In this document: positions 11,401-21,879 of the stretch, one piece after another
Layout of the letters: each line of letters starts with the position of its first letter
Position numbering within the stretch: position 1 is the stretch's first letter
NCBI GenBank assembly: GCA_965217185.1
Contig: OZ244252.1
Coordinates: forward strand, 2,816,001-2,880,000
Direction: 5' to 3'
Source: an uncultured Candidatus Entotheonella sp.
GTDB lineage: Bacteria > Tectomicrobia > Entotheonellia > Entotheonellales > Entotheonellaceae
Length of the DNA stretch: 64,000 nucleotides
The notes under the pieces: generated by a model
Told to the model about the DNA's origin: nothing
Databases searched by the model: none
What the model saw: the letters and a program-made list of their open reading frames with translations, nothing else
Position numbers and translations under genes: made by a program

Positions 11401-12543
11401 CGGCTCGTCGACGTCCGTAAGGGAGATGTCCACGTCAATCGTGGCGCTGTTCATGTTTGAGTCCGTCGCCGTCGCCTTCACCATCACAGTGTAGGTATTG
11501 CTGATGGTGTCCTCGTAGTCGTAAGTGACGCCGGCCTTGGTCCTGATCTGCCCGCTCGACGCCACGATGTCGAACGACCCGGCGTCCGTGCCTTCCAGGC
11601 TGTATGTCAGCGTGCTCTCGCCCGTTGCCTCCACCGGTTCGCCGATGTTCCGGCTTGGCGGCGTGTTTTCCGCGAAACTGCGGGTGGGCGAGGGCTCCAG
11701 GAACACGGGCGGGTCGTTCCCGGTAACGTTGGTCCACCCGGTGCCCGGCGGCGACCAAGGGCCGTCGCCATCCTCGTTCGTCGCCTGCACCTGTACCTCG
11801 TACTGCGTGCCCGTGTCCAAACCCGAAATGATGGCGTTGGTGTCGGTTCGGTTCTGGGGACCGTTCCTCCAGTTGTTGGTTCCGGATTCCTGGTACTGCA
11901 AGTCGTAGCTGGTGATCGGCGCGCGGCCCGTGTTGTCCGGCGCTGTCCAGCGCACCACGAGCGAGGTAGTCGAGGCGCCCTTGACATCAGGACGGCCAGG
12001 CGCCAGCGGCGGCTCACCGGGCACATCATTGACGGTAATGGTCACGTCAATATAGCCGCGCCTGTAGTTGCCGTCGCATGCCACCAATTTCAACCTGTAC
12101 ACGCGCGTTTCGTAGTGGTCGATGTCAGTCCTGAGCCCACGCTCCCCGTTGGTGCCGCGGTAGATATAGAAAGCCGCGGCATCCCCATCCGTATGCTCCG
12201 GCTTATCCTCATCATAATCCGCAACGTCAGCATCCCCGTCGCGCAGCGTGTAGACCATGGTGTAGCTTTTGCCGGGATCAGAGTGGTCCGCGTCCATCGC
12301 CACCGGCAGCGCGCCGATGTCCCGGGATTCCCCTATGTTGTCGGGTATCTGGAAGGCAAGAGCGGGTCCGGAGAATTCCGGGCTGTGGCAAGAGTCGTAG
12401 GGACAATCGGGGTCATGGTCGGAATCGCCAATCTGGTGGGGTGTGGCGGGCATTGGCATGGCCAGGAAGGCCGCAAATGCCAACAACAGGCCCGTGATTG
12501 CACGGCGACGGGCGAACGCCGCGCCATGGCGCCGCAGGGCCAT
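5408..12543 (-). pseudogene. Giant cadherin-like/fibronectin type III repeat surface protein with a C-terminal autotransporter-like beta-barrel, split by a frameshift near 11000
   Basis: Alternating cadherin (ENTPPG..IG.PV.ATD.DGD.LTY.L.G.DA.SF.I) and FN3 (V.WTAPD..G.PP...YDVQY...YQVRVRA.N...S.WS) units; barrel ends IGLRFALGW. ORFs 10996-12744 and 5408-10918 are two halves of one gene. Start codon is uncertain (12543 or 12744). Confidence 0.85.
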
Positions 12544-13107
12544 CGTCAAGCCGGCGACGGTACGGGAGGCAAGGAAGTGAACTTGGCGGCCACTCGCAAA
12601 CGGTGCGGGCGGCGTCACAGCAGACGGCCGGATTGGACGCCGATGTATCTCTGCTGTTGGTTCCTTTTGAGCCGAGGACAACCGACTTGTCCCCGCCTGT
12701 CCGCAAAAATCCGATTCTGTCCGATCAACAGGTTGCGAATTCACGACAGAATCCCCCCGGTTCTCGGAGACACCTATCCGGCTGACTGGTTATTCACCAA
12801 CGCGGTATTTTCGACATTGAAACGGTGTCGAATTGCTTCTGGCGCTCGCCTTGGTATGGCCAAGTCTCGGAAAACAACAGGCAGGAAAACGAAGCCCTGA
12901 TCACACGATATCCCGGGAAGCCAGGACGGAGCGAATTCAGAGTTTAACACGGGATTTGAGGAAGGAAATGCCCCCAGTGCGGGGAGTACCGTATCAGAAG
13001 GGCACCGGCACCGTCAACGCCACGCGACAGGCGGTAGTGTCCCGGTCTGAAAAGACTGGCTCACGTGCTCCCCAGACAGGTTGCACGTTCGGTCGTTCGG
13101 CACCGGT

Positions 13108-13360
13108 TCCCCCCTCACCCCAACCCTCTCCCAGAGGGAGAGGGAGCATCAATTTCCCAAAGAAGAAGGTCCTCTTACCCTCTGGAGCGCTTAATCCCCC
13201 TCCCCCCGGGAGGGGCTAGGGGAGGGTTTAGGGAGGAGGCGATGCGCCGGCAGAAGTGAAGGGGCATTTGAAACTGAACCACTACCGGAATTCCCGCTGT
13301 GGCAGGTTGCTTTTCGGTCCCCTCACCCCGCCGCGGGGGAGGGCTAGGGAGAGGGGGGAA
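13108..13360. repeat. Cluster of purine/pyrimidine palindromes (family B, CCCTCACCCC..CCCTCTCCC..GGGAGAGGG)
   Basis: Three related hairpin units; further copies at about 20266-20420, 22056-22152, 23558-23596, 24877-26596, 27316-27498 and 30395-30425. Confidence 0.8.
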
Positions 13361-13440
13361 AGTTGGTGCGCGGAGGAAATTCGAAAGAGAGACCCGGACG
13401 ACCGGGGCGCCGCGAGCGAGGCCGGGGAGGCCGAGGCGCG

Positions 13441-14736
13441 TCAGAACTGCCGCACGAAGCGCAGCTCGGCGCGATTGCGATCGTAGTCCTGCGCCTGCGC
13501 GTTGGTCTGGCGGGCCTCGTTGATGAGCGCCAGCTGGGGGCTGAAGCGGAAAATCGTCAAGGCGCGGTTGAGGACCGAAATGCTGAAGGTGCGGGTGCGG
13601 TCCAGCCGCCGCCCGCCGTCGAGCGTCAGGTGCACCTCGCCGCTGCCCTCGTAATACGTCCGCCGCATCTGGGCGCTGGTGCCCAGGGTGAAGCCCAGCG
13701 GCAGGGCGAGCGACGTACCCACCCGCACCCAGCGCGACAGGCTGCGCCAGTGCTCCGACGCCGCATGATCGCGCTCGTAGCCCACGGTCATCTGGACGCG
13801 CAGCACGGGCGCCGCCGTCCAGGCGAAATTGGCGGTAAAATCGACGCCCGGGCCGTTGAGAAAGTCGCGGTGGCGGTGGTCGCGTTCGCGGTACGCCGCG
13901 GTGCCGCGTGCCCACAGGCGCGGCGTCAGCCGGCGGTCGAGTTCAAGGCGCACGCCGGTCTCGTCGACGAACGGCAGGCCGCCGAGCCACTGCCGATTGG
14001 CGGTGGCCAGCAGGCTGAATTCGGTAATCGGTCCCGCCAGCCAGCGCGGCCCGGCGTAGGCCGCCAGAAAGGTCTGATCGAAGTCGCTGCCGCCGTATTC
14101 CCGCTGCGCCGCGTCGGCGCCCACCCGCAGGCGCAGCCGTTCGCTCAGCGGTTGCTGGTACTCGCCGCCGCCCCACACCGAGAACCCCAGGCCCGACTTG
14201 GCGCCAAAGTCGCCCTCACGCTGGAAGGGCAGCCGCCCGAACACCGTGTCGATGTAGATGATCCCGCTCTCCGAGGCGGCGTTGAGGTTGCTGTCCGGGG
14301 CGATAGCGGCGCCGAAATAGCCCGTCCAGCGCTTGCGGACACGCATGACGTTCAGGAAGCTATGGATGTTGGCGGCTACCGGCGGCGGCACCCCGCCGGC
14401 CAGCACCAGCTCGAAATGGCGCCGCGCCAAGCCGTCCTGCCCCTTCAGGAAGAAGGTCCGCGCCAGTTCCAGGCGCACCCGTATCAGCTCCGGATGATTG
14501 ACCAGGATGAGCCGGAAGGCGGCAATGGCCTTGTCGTACAGCGCTCGGCGCGCCTTGTTGTCGTCGGCCTGTTCGACGTCGGTCAGTGCTTTCATGCCGA
14601 TTTGGAACAGCAGGCCGACGCGCTCGTCGAGCTGGCGCGGCGGCGCCTCCTGGGCGGTCGCCGCGGTTGTCAACAGGAAACACACCAGCAAGGCAGCCAA
14701 GGCGAATACCGGGCAAAAGGGTCGGGAACGCATCAT
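13441..14736 (-). CDS. Surface lipoprotein assembly modifier (Slam / DUF560, type XI secretion outer-membrane protein)
   Basis: Signal peptide, TPR-like RVRLELARTFF...ARRHFELVL, APDSNLN motif, amphipathic barrel ending ELRFVRQF; lies downstream of TbpB-like lipoprotein genes. Confidence 0.8.
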   Translation of the reverse strand: MMRSRPFCPVFALAALLVCFLLTTAATAQEAPPRQLDERVGLLFQIGMKALTDVEQADDNKARRALYDKAIAAFRLILVNHPELIRVRLELARTFFLKGQDGLARRHFELVLAGGVPPPVAANIHSFLNVMRVRKRWTGYFGAAIAPDSNLNAASESGIIYIDTVFGRLPFQREGDFGAKSGLGFSVWGGGEYQQPLSERLRLRVGADAAQREYGGSDFDQTFLAAYAGPRWLAGPITEFSLLATANRQWLGGLPFVDETGVRLELDRRLTPRLWARGTAAYRERDHRHRDFLNGPGVDFTANFAWTAAPVLRVQMTVGYERDHAASEHWRSLSRWVRVGTSLALPLGFTLGTSAQMRRTYYEGSGEVHLTLDGGRRLDRTRTFSISVLNRALTIFRFSPQLALINEARQTNAQAQDYDRNRAELRFVRQF

Positions 14737-14912
14737 CGTTGGGTCTCGTCTCTTGGGTCTGCGAAAGGGAAAAGTTGGCAGGCGGGTTGGGCGCGTCGTC
14801 CGGCTGCGGCGTGGTGAACAAGGCGGGCAGCGCTTATAGGACGTTTTCATTGCCCGCCCGGTGCCGGCGTTGCGGGGGCCTAGCCCTGGCCGGCGCCCTG
14901 TTCGAGCAAGGT

Positions 14913-15305
14913 TTACAACCGCGCCAGGCGCTCGCTGAGGGCGGCAAGGTCCTTGCGCACGGCCTTGAATTCGTCGTCTACGGCCTTGAAGTCGGCGTCC
15001 ACAGCCTCGAAGCCGCGCTGCATCTCCTGGCGGACGGCCTTGAATTCGGCGTCAACGGCCTTGAAGTTTGCGTCCACAGCCTCAAAGCCGCGTTGCGTGT
15101 CCTGACGCATCAATTGCATCTCCTGACGCATCAGGCGCACGTCATCGCGCAGGGGCGCAATGGTCATCGAGAGGACCAAGGCAATCGCGGCGATGATCAC
15201 CACGCTGAAGCCGCCAAGGCCGCTGACGATGAGAACGATATCCTTCGCGATGGCCAGTCTCGAGTTGGCGGCGGGTGCCGGGAGCGGTGGGTTGTCTACC
15301 GCCAT
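14913..15305 (-). CDS. Small single-TM coiled-coil protein (F.AV heptads)
   Basis: Hydrophobic IVLIVSGLGGFSVVIIAAIALVL followed by repeats FEAVDAN/FKAVDAE; GAGGA RBS. Confidence 0.7.
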   Translation of the reverse strand: MAVDNPPLPAPAANSRLAIAKDIVLIVSGLGGFSVVIIAAIALVLSMTIAPLRDDVRLMRQEMQLMRQDTQRGFEAVDANFKAVDAEFKAVRQEMQRGFEAVDADFKAVDDEFKAVRKDLAALSERLARL

Positions 15306-15355
15306 GTGCGCTTTTCCTCAGGGGTGGTTGCGAATTGCGCCGCCTCTCCGGAAGT

Positions 15356-15466
15356 GCGGGCTGGAAGCCCGCGCTCCCAGGCATGGGGACTCACGGCGGT
15401 GCTGGCAAGGGACCTCTGAAACCGGTCAAAGCAGGTACAGGATCATTTGCAAACACCCTCTCAGGA
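15356..15466. repeat. Dispersed ~110-bp repeat starting with the family C REP-like palindrome GCGGGCTGGAAGCCCGC
   Basis: Closely similar copy at 32033-32145. Confidence 0.8.
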
Positions 15467-15559
15467 AGGACAAGAGGACAGTAGCGTGAACAAGAAGGCC
15501 CGCCGTGTTTTCCATGGCGGGCCTTACACACCGGGCTTGGCTTGCTGCGGCACCTTACG

Positions 15560-17545
15560 TCATTGGCTTGGGACAGGGTCAGTGGTGCGGTGCGCGCCGA
15601 AGGCGCCCACGATGTGCCGCACGTTCGGGATGCTGGCGTCGAACCGCCCCGTCACGGCAATCGGCTGGTCATCAACCGTGGCGGCGATATTGTCGTGACG
15701 GTTCAGGAAATCGTAATCCAACGTGCCGGTGCTGCTGGTACCGGACTGCACGATTATCGCAGATTGATCAGCATTTGAATCCAGCTTGACGTGCCAGTTG
15801 TCCTTGGAGCCGTGCTGCGTCGACCGGAAGTCGGTCACGTCCCCCTTAACTCCCGCACCGTCGCCAGTGCCGAACGTAGCATGCAGGATAACCGTGGCGG
15901 TGAAGTCGCCCGATTCGTAGATGGTTGTGCCACCCTCGGACGTGCGGTCGACGTAAAGCCCCACGGCCGGCCCTTCGTACTCCGCGCTGCCGGTGCCGTC
16001 ACTAACCGCATAAGTCTGGGGTGACCCATTAACTATCGACACATCAGCAAACACCGCTGCCTGATACGTGCCGTCCGACATCGCCGGGCGCTCTTGCCAC
16101 CAGCCGAACGTGATGAACTCTCCATCCGTCGTACGGGGCGCACCCGGCTTCGGGACGTTCAAGAGGGAAATCGTGCCGCTGCCCGGATCGAAGTAGAGCA
16201 TGCCGCCTGAGTTTTCTTCGGGTGTGATGGTGAGGGACTCCAACTCCTGCCGATCATCGTCATCCGAATCGTTATAGACTGCGGCCACGTTGATTCTGCA
16301 CGCTTGGCCGCTGTCGCTGATATAGCAACCGTAGTTGCCGGAAACACCATGCACGCGCGCGGAAAGACTGCTCACAAGTTCATCGTCAGGATCTTCATCA
16401 GTTTCGCCTATTTTCGGTGGATGGCCGCCGCGCGACGCATTACTGATCCACATCATCGAAGCGTCGCTCAGCAGATTGAGATTGTTCGTTGCCCAGGTTG
16501 AATGGACGAATCGCGGGTTCGACGTCGTGCCGCCGACGGTGGCGTTGATGGAACTGGCGTAGTGGTTTGCGAACGTTCGCGACTTCTCGCGGTCGGTGTA
16601 GGCAACGGCCTTACGCTCCGGCGGGTTCACGCCCGGCGCCGTGCGCGTCAGCGTGGCCCTGTAAAAGTCGCCCGACTTGCGGGTGGAACCACTAAGGGGC
16701 GAAGCGGTAAGCTCGATGTCGGTATCCCTGTCGTTGATCCCCGCGCTTGCCGTATTGCCCGGCGTCTTCCACGTGCTACCCTCAAGGACAGCTTCGAGAG
16801 CGGTCAGCAGCCCGCGGGCTCGGGCGTCCGCGTCCACCTGATGCGTCACGCGCTGCGTTTCCTGTTCCGCTTCCCGCGCTCTATCTTCCGCCCGCTCCGT
16901 GTCCCGCTCCGCTTGATCCAGCTGTCGTTGCAGCGCGGTTAGTTCCCCCTCCACTCGCGCCAAGTCTATCTTGGCCTGTTGCTCGGCGTCCTTGGCAGCT
17001 TCACGTTCCTTTCTCGCCGTAGCGAGGTCGTCCTTCGCCGTATCGAGGTTGTCGTTCGCCGTATCGAGCGCGGTATTCGCGTCCGCCAATTGCTGGCGCA
17101 CCATGGCAAGGTCGCCTTCCGTCATGGTCTTGGATGCGTTGGCCGCAGCCAGATCGTTCTCCGCCCGGGTCTTGGCCCGCAGGACGACATCCCTCGCCGT
17201 TTCCGCCTCCTGCTGCGCCGTCTCGGCGGCTTCAGCTGCTTGCCGGGCCGTTTCGGCATCCTCCTGCGCCTGCTGAGCCACCCGCATCAGTTCTTCGGCA
17301 GCGCCCTTGGCGACGTTGGCGTCGTCACGCTCCATTTCAGCAGTCGCCTGGGCGGCTTCGGCCGCCGCCTTGGCCGCTTCGGCCGCCACCTCTGCCTGCA
17401 GCGCCGCGTCGCGCTCGTCCATCAGCATGTCGACCTGCGCCTGCAAATCCCGTTGCGCGCCATCGTCGCCGCCACCGCCACACCCCAGCGTCAGCACGAG
17501 CACGCCAGCGCACAGGGCCGCCATCATTCCGTTGCGAATTGTCAT
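15560..17545 (-). CDS. TbpB-like surface lipoprotein with an N-terminal coiled coil (probable Slam cargo)
   Basis: Lipobox LTLG-C-GGGG, Ala/Glu coiled coil, FITFGWW, GSAEYEGPAVGLY, C-terminal VGAFGA. Confidence 0.8.
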   Translation of the reverse strand: MTIRNGMMAALCAGVLVLTLGCGGGGDDGAQRDLQAQVDMLMDERDAALQAEVAAEAAKAAAEAAQATAEMERDDANVAKGAAEELMRVAQQAQEDAETARQAAEAAETAQQEAETARDVVLRAKTRAENDLAAANASKTMTEGDLAMVRQQLADANTALDTANDNLDTAKDDLATARKEREAAKDAEQQAKIDLARVEGELTALQRQLDQAERDTERAEDRAREAEQETQRVTHQVDADARARGLLTALEAVLEGSTWKTPGNTASAGINDRDTDIELTASPLSGSTRKSGDFYRATLTRTAPGVNPPERKAVAYTDREKSRTFANHYASSINATVGGTTSNPRFVHSTWATNNLNLLSDASMMWISNASRGGHPPKIGETDEDPDDELVSSLSARVHGVSGNYGCYISDSGQACRINVAAVYNDSDDDDRQELESLTITPEENSGGMLYFDPGSGTISLLNVPKPGAPRTTDGEFITFGWWQERPAMSDGTYQAAVFADVSIVNGSPQTYAVSDGTGSAEYEGPAVGLYVDRTSEGGTTIYESGDFTATVILHATFGTGDGAGVKGDVTDFRSTQHGSKDNWHVKLDSNADQSAIIVQSGTSSTGTLDYDFLNRHDNIAATVDDQPIAVTGRFDASIPNVRHIVGAFGAHRTTDPVPSQ

Positions 17546-17781
17546 ACCAGCCAGCTCCTCTCTGTTGGTCAAAGGCCGTTCGTCGCCCCACGAAAAAGGC
17601 CACCCCCATTGTGAGGTGGCCTGGGATGGTGCCTTGCGGAATGCGGGAACATCCCCCAAGGCACCTGGTATACCGGAAAAGTTCCGTGGGGAGGGTTCCC
17701 AAGCCACGGAACTCGCGTGCGCCGGCATGTGTTCTGACCGGGAGCTTGCTCGAACCCTCCTCTCCCGTGGGGTTGTCCAGG

Positions 17782-19762
17782 TTACTCGTCCATCTTGTTG
17801 GCGCCGAAGGCTCCATACAGGCGGGAGGCAGCATCAAGGGAAGCGTTGAACGTGCCCGTCACGGCCTTGGGATGGCCCATGCCGGTCTCGGGACCGAAGA
17901 ACGTGGGAACCCAAGTGCCAACGCCGACCTGGGCGGTGCCCACGGTCCACTCGGTGGAGAGGAGCACATCAGTCGCCATATCCAATTCAAAGAGGTTTTC
18001 TACTGGCTGCAGGCCTGCTGCCATTGCAACGGCATCTTCAGCATCTCCATCATTAGGGATATTGCCGTCTGCCATCAGCTTCACCATCCAATCGGGACGA
18101 CTCACGTCGCCCGTCATGAAGTTGTCGATCATACCGCTGAGCATGATGCCGTCTCTCTGGTTGCCCACAGCAATGTCGTCGTCAACATCGAAATCCGCCT
18201 CTATGGTAGCCATGGCAGTGAAGTGGCCGCCTTCGTAGCTCTGATCGGTGGTGCTGGCAATGGCGTACTTGCCGGCAGCGGCGCCCTTGTAGGTGGCCGT
18301 ACCCCTCAAGGCGATGCCCGTTGTACTAGTAGCGTTCCTGGGTTCTCCCATGCCCATGGCGTTGGCAATCAACTGGAGGGATGCAGGCATGCCGGCCGCG
18401 TCCTTCATCAGCCACCAGCCGAAGGTGAGGTATTCCGAGTCCGCCCCGGCAATCCTGGCGTTCGGGTCGTCGGGGACGAACATCCATTCGCCGGCCACAT
18501 TGCCACTAGTAGTGCGTCAATCTTTGATCACGGGATAGAGATGATGCAACTTGACCCGTTTCGTCAATTCGGTCCGTTCTTCTTCACTCAAACGGACCAC
18601 ATAGAGCTTCTTCACAATCATCCCTCCCAGCTTATGGCCAGCAGCTTACTGGGAGGCAACTTATCATGCCTGTGCATTACGTTGAACAGCTACTAGTGGC
18701 ATCAACCGCCCCATCGGTATAGCGGGGCGGGGCTGTACATAGGCCCCCAGAAGTGGCGACGCAGGAGAAGGTGCCCGGTACGCCCATGACACTACCCGCA
18801 AACATCGTGGAGCCAGGCTTCAAGCCGGGACCCGCCGAGGTATCGGTCCGTTTGACGTCAGCCCACATGACTTCGTCGGCCTCAGTACCAATATCATACG
18901 TCCTCGTTCCGTCGACTATCATCCCGGTGTACGCGTCCAGGAACATCGTGCCCCCGAGGGCACCCCTGTCGCTGTACACGACGATGGTATTGCCGTCCTT
19001 ATCCATGAGCGTGGCACCCATCCAACCCTCGATCATGTCCGGCATGGCGCCCAAGGTGTAGTCCGCAACCTCGGGCTTGAGCTCGCCGTCAGCCACTTTC
19101 ACCATGACGGCTTCGGGGGCGGCAGTCGTGACATTAGCGAGAGCCTTCGTAAGCAGGGCCTTGGCCGCCGCGCTCATCTCATCGGCATCATCCGTGTCAA
19201 TCTCGCCCTGGAGATCAGTCAACATCATCTTGTACTTGTCGCGCTCAGCCTCAGCCTCCATCTTGGCCGTCATGGCATCCGCCGCGGCCTGATCAGCCGC
19301 CATCTTGGCCGTATTGGCCTCCTCAGCCATCATCTTGTAGCTGTCGCGGTCCGTTTCGGCTGTCGTCTTGGCCATCTCAGCCGCTGCCTGAGCCATCTCG
19401 GCCGTTGCCTGCGCCGCCTCAGCCGCTTCCTGGGCCGCCATGGCATCCGTCGCGGCCTGATCAGCCACCATCTTGGCCGCCTCAGCCACTCCCCTCGCGA
19501 CGTTAGCCTCGTCGCGCTCCATCTCGGCCGCCATCTTGGCCGTCTCAGCCATTGCCTGAGCCTCTTCAGCCATCGTCTTGGCCGTCTCAGCCTCCATCTT
19601 GGCCGCATTCGCCGCGTCGAGATCACCCTGCAGCATCGCAAGCTGATCTCTCATATCCTGATCGGCGCCGTTGTCATCGCCGCCACATCCTTGAAGGACC
19701 ATCGCCAGCATCGCGACGGCAACGACAATTCCTGACCATCTTCCAAACTTATTGAGGTTCAT
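17782..19762 (-). pseudogene. Second TbpB-like surface lipoprotein, interrupted by a 183-bp insertion
   Basis: Lipobox VLQG-C-GGDD, coiled coil, YLTFGWW, GTATYKGAAAGKY, YGAFGANK. Removing the insert and one CTAG restores ...VDATSGNVAGEW... in frame (597 aa). Confidence 0.85.
18510..18692. mobile_element. 183-bp MITE-like insertion with CTAG duplication
   Basis: CTAG at 18506-18509 and 18693-18696; imperfect terminal inverted repeats TAGTGCGTCAA / TTGAACAGCTA; lower GC; internal hairpins. Confidence 0.85.
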
Positions 19763-19912
19763 CCAGAACCCTCCTCTCAAGCAAAACAGTTTGTCGGTAC
19801 CCCGGAGGCCCCAGCCGTGAAGACCCCGAATCGTGAACGCTCGCCGCGCGTCATGGCGAATCGTAACTGTTTGTGGGTTGCCCTGGTATTCCTGCACAAC
19901 GCCAAGTAGCTT

Positions 19913-20051
19913 AACATACCGAAGTTGACTTGCAATAACAAGCCCCATGATTCAGGAAATTGAAAGTCCGCAGGCGGCTTGCGTAACCAGCTGCCGCCGC
20001 AGTCAGGATGGTGGCTAACAATACCGAAGCCGACTTGCAATAGCAAACCCC
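19913..20051 (-). promoter_or_regulatory. Duplicated sigma70-like promoter upstream of the lipoprotein genes
   Basis: TTGTTA-N17-TATGTT (19941-19913) and TTGCTA-N17-TATTGT (20046-20018) lie within a ~31-bp direct repeat. Confidence 0.6.
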
Positions 20052-20506
20052 GTAATCCATGGACATTGGGATCGCGTGGGTGAGGCGGCTCGCCGGTGCA
20101 AGCCAGTGGCGGAGTTCAAACAGCGGAAATCCTAATGGCAGGCAGCAGCGGGTGCAAGCAATAAATGCCAAGGGCGGGAAATGATGCTGTGGATGATGTC
20201 GTCATGCAGGTCGGATTAGCCGCAACGCGGCGTAATCCGACTTCCGCTGCGCTGCCCCCCAACTTCCCCCCCTCTCCCTAGCCCTCCCCCGCGGTGGGGG
20301 GAGGGAAGGTACAAACCGCTCATCTCCCCCGCGAAAGGGGGTTGCTCTCTTGTTCCTGGGCAGGAATCGGCCGGCTGCCCCTCCTGTACCTCGGCGGCAG
20401 GGAGCGGGGGAATTGGGGTGATAAGGAACGGGGAATGCCGGATTACGCTGCGCTAATTCGGCCTGCATATCCGGCCCACAGATTCAGGGTGGGGTTGCGG
20501 GCAGGC

Positions 20507-20791
20507 TCAGGGCGAGGGTGCGTCGGCGGTCTGCAACTGCTCGGTGAGGGTGTCGATGCGTGTTTCGCTGCGGGTGACGCGGGCGCTGAGTTTGCGGAGT
20601 CCGGAGACATCTTCAACGAGGTCCTCGATGCGTTTGTCTTGGGCGTCGAAACGCTGGCCCACGGCGTCGAAGCCTTGCTGCATGGGTCTGACGACGCTGA
20701 ATTGGATGATGGCGGCGAACCCGCCGAGGATGGCGATGGTCGTCGTGATGGGACCTGCGTCGTCTTTGACCCAGTTCCATATTTTCCGCAT
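20507..20791 (-). CDS. Array paralog 1: 94-aa TM plus short coiled coil
   Basis: MRKIWNWVKDDAGP...ILGGFAAIIQFSVVRPM...RVTRSETRID...ADAPSP; GGAGG RBS. Confidence 0.8.
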   Translation of the reverse strand: MRKIWNWVKDDAGPITTTIAILGGFAAIIQFSVVRPMQQGFDAVGQRFDAQDKRIEDLVEDVSGLRKLSARVTRSETRIDTLTEQLQTADAPSP

Positions 20792-20970
20792 CGGTCCTCC
20801 GGCGTTTCAGGATTGGGAAGGATGGGATCACGAAGCGCGGGTATTTCGGCTTGGATGGCGCCCGGGCCGGGTGGCGGCGGCGCGTTGCGGAGTGGGGGAG
20901 TCGCTGCAGAAATGTCGGATTACGCCGGCGGCTAATCCGACCTACATTTCTACATGTCCGACCCGCAGAT

Positions 20971-21255
20971 TCAGGGCGAGGGTGCGTCGGCGGTCTGCAA
21001 CTGCTCGGTGAGGGCGTCGATGCGTGTTTCGCTGCGGGTGACGCGGTCGCTGAGTTTGCGGAGTCCGGAGACATCTTCAACGAGGTCCTCGATGCGTTTG
21101 TCTTGGGCGTCGAAACGCTGGCCCACGGCGTCGAAGCCTTGCTGCATGGGTCTGACGACGCTGAATTGGATGATGGCGGCGAACCCGCCGAGGATGGCGA
21201 TGGTCGCCGTGATGGGACCTGCGTCGTCTTTGACCCAGTTCCATATGTTCCGCAT
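20971..21255 (-). CDS. Array paralog 2: 94 aa
   Basis: Nearly identical to paralog 1; REP at 20911-20947 just downstream. Confidence 0.8.
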   Translation of the reverse strand: MRNIWNWVKDDAGPITATIAILGGFAAIIQFSVVRPMQQGFDAVGQRFDAQDKRIEDLVEDVSGLRKLSDRVTRSETRIDALTEQLQTADAPSP

Positions 21256-21435
21256 CGGCCCTCCGGCGTTTCAGGATTGGGAAGGATGGGATCACGAAGC
21301 GCGGGTATTTCGGCCTGGATGGCGCCCGGGCCGGGTGGCGGCGATGGCGCGTTGCGGAGTGGGGGAGGCGGTGGAAATGTCGGATTACGCCTGCGGCTAA
21401 TCCGACCTACATTTCTACATGTCCGACCGGCAGAT

Positions 21436-21879
21436 TCAGGGCGAGGGTGCGTCGGCGGTCTGCTGCTCGGTGAGGGCGTCGATGCGTGTTTCGCTGCGGG
21501 TGACGCGGTCGCTGAGCTTGCGGAACTCAGAGACATCTTTAACGAGGTCCTCGAGGCGTCTGTCTTGGGCGTCGAAGCGCTGGTCCACGGCGTCGAAACG
21601 CTGGTTCACGGCGTCGAAGCGCTGGTCAACGGCGTCGAAGCGCTGGTTGATCGCTTTGTTCTGGTCGTCGAAACGCTGATTGATCGCTTTGTTCTGGTCG
21701 TCGATGCGCTGGTTGATCGATTCGTTCTGGTCGGCGATGCGCTGGTTGACGGCGTTGAAGCCTTGGTGCATGGGTCTGACGACGCTGAATTGGATGATGG
21801 CGGCGAACCCGCCGAGGACGACGATGGTCACCATGACGGGACCTGCGTTGTCTTCGATCCAGTTCCATATGTTCCGCAT
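21436..21879 (-). CDS. Array paralog 3: 147 aa, modules 11-11-11-7-7-7
   Basis: Same termini with inserted DQNKAINQRFD and AVDQRFD type modules; REP at 21378-21413. Confidence 0.8.
   Translation of the reverse strand: MRNIWNWIEDNAGPVMVTIVVLGGFAAIIQFSVVRPMHQGFNAVNQRIADQNESINQRIDDQNKAINQRFDDQNKAINQRFDAVDQRFDAVNQRFDAVDQRFDAQDRRLEDLVKDVSEFRKLSDRVTRSETRIDALTEQQTADAPSP

Noticed and set aside
19765..19900. c-di-GMP riboswitch in the lipoprotein leader
   Set aside because: Only a superficial GGGCAA...GGGGTACCGA resemblance; the conserved GAAA loop and GACGCAAAG core are not present.
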